A DNA stretch of 63,735 bases, the filler included, from Hyphochytrium catenoides (Eukaryota > Protista > Hyphochytriomycota): NCBI GenBank assembly GCA_900088475.1. It is 5 parts of 5 records of this genome, joined end to end, with 100 filler letters (N's around TTAATTAATTAA, not from the genome) between each part and the next. Parts side by side here need not be neighbours in the genome. Positions count along the whole stretch, not along the records: positions 62,412 to 63,735 come from FLMG01002512.1; 4 more parts are not named here. The stretch is one strand, 5' to 3'. Below are positions 62,412 through 63,735 of the stretch, piece by piece (the stretch's first letter is position 1; each line of letters begins with the position of its first letter). Made by a program: the position numbers and the translations under genes. The notes under the pieces are model-generated. The model worked only from the letters and a program-made list of their open reading frames with translations. It was not told where the DNA came from and ran no database searches.

Positions 62412-62491
62412 ATCTCTGTAGAACATGATCGAGGAAAAAGACAAAAGAGTGAGGGGAGACAGTCATGCTACTGAGCAAAATAAATATATGC

Positions 62492-62523
<32 letters not shown>

Positions 62524-62609
62524 GCAAGAGAGAGACGGAGCAAGAGAGAGGAAGGAAGAGAAAGAGAGAGGGGCAGAGAGAGAGAGAGGAGAGGAAGGTA
62601 AAGGCAACC

Positions 62610-63735
62610 TATAGACGATGCCCTTGGAGTGTAAATACTGCAGAGCAGTCGCGGTCTCTGCCACGTAGAAGCGCGTCCTTTCGTCGCTGAGTCTGTGGTC
62701 TGGGCTCTCACTCAGATGCAGCCGTAAGTCACCGCCGCTTAACCACTGAAGAGAGAGACGGTCAGCGTGTTCTCTACTCATCTATGTGCCTTTTCTCCCT
62801 TCTTGCCTTTCCAACGGTAACCTAGTATTCCTATCTATCTTCGTCCTCTTCTGGCTTTTCTTTTCTCTCTCTCTCTCACATCCTCTTTCACACGCGTCCA
62901 GCACTCTTCTCTCTCTCTCTCCCCACACCCGCAGCGCTGAACAGGAAGGCCGCGAGCCCCATGCGACAGAAGTCCCACTTCTTACCTCCAGTCCAAAGTA
63001 CATCTTGTCGTCATTCTGGAAGGCGAACTGCAGAGAAGCAATGAAAGGCTGTCGGAGAGAAGATGAAGCAGAATGTGAGTGAGTAGACAGTGCCAGGAGA
63101 ATTTTCCAGTCATTTTACGGATGCTGAAGGGATGCTGCTCTCTCTTACATGGTTGATCGCCTTCATCTGGTCTCTCTCCTTCTTGAAGAGAATCCGGACC
63201 TCCTCCGCCATGTTAATCTTAGAGACAGCCTTGATCGCAAATAGCTGACCCGTCCGTCGAAGGCGGCCCAGAAAGAGCTAAAAGGACAAGATCAAAGAAT
63301 AAACGAGAGGAGGGGACAGAGAGAGAGAGAGAAACGGAGAGTGTGGGCGAACAGGTATGAGAATAGCAGCAGAGAATGAAAATTCAAGAGAAGCAGACAA
63401 CTAGATCAACAGAGAGAGAAGCAACTAAACGACAGAGAGTCAGAACCTGTCCTGACCCATTACCTTTCCGTACGTTCCTTGATCTAGAAGCTATAAAAAC
63501 AAAAGGCAAAGAATCAGGCAAGAAAGGAGAAAAGTTAGGGCTGGCTGTACTACTGACAGGAGAGAAGGAAGAGAGAGAGACAGAGACAGACAGAGAGCGA
63601 GAGAAAGAGAGAAAAAAGAGGGAACAGTATGGGAAGACAAAGATAGAGATAGAAAGGACCTAGGGCTATGCGTAAGAAATAAGCTCTGGCGACCTTTAAC
63701 AGCTTGAAGTCATCAATCTGCAGGTGCTTGCTGCT
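62610..63735 (-). CDS. AGC-family Ser/Thr protein kinase, partial (N-lobe exons)
   Basis: Exons read IDDFKLLK|LLDQGTYGK|..TGQLFAIKAVSK...KERDQMKAINH|FAFQNDDKMYFGLE|WLSGGDLRLHL...RFYVAETATALQYLHSKGIVYR. Confidence 0.9.

Overview
Eukaryotic (protist, probably stramenopile) draft-genome sequence. The window is not contiguous: five scaffolds are joined by 100-nt artificial linkers (N44-TTAATTAATTAA-N44) at 14472-14571, 30486-30585, 46917-47016 and 62312-62411, so synteny across linkers is meaningless. Recognisable genes: a PiT/PHO4 phosphate transporter, 6-phosphogluconate dehydrogenase (one intron), two RGS-domain proteins (one of 7TM-RGS type), a METTL21-like lysine methyltransferase, an F-box/MATH/USP7-UBL-like/ZZ protein, a BTB protein, an Erf4/GOLGA7-like protein, a fungal/bacterial-type SAM methyltransferase, a bacterial-like clan GH-A glycoside-hydrolase-like gene, a 1081-codon multi-pass membrane ORF and an AGC kinase fragment. 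Mobile DNA: a PIF/Harbinger deletion derivative with TIRs and TTA TSD, a Polinton/Maverick-type integrase next to a 10-bp tandem array, two inverted remnants of an RLE-type non-LTR retrotransposon and a possible solo LTR. Scaffold 1 carries a head-to-head pair of paralogous 2x6-TM genes broken by many small deletions. Many introns are dominated by sense-strand (CT)n tracts; most short ORFs in the ORF track over those tracts are spurious. All family assignments come from motif recognition by eye, not from database searches.
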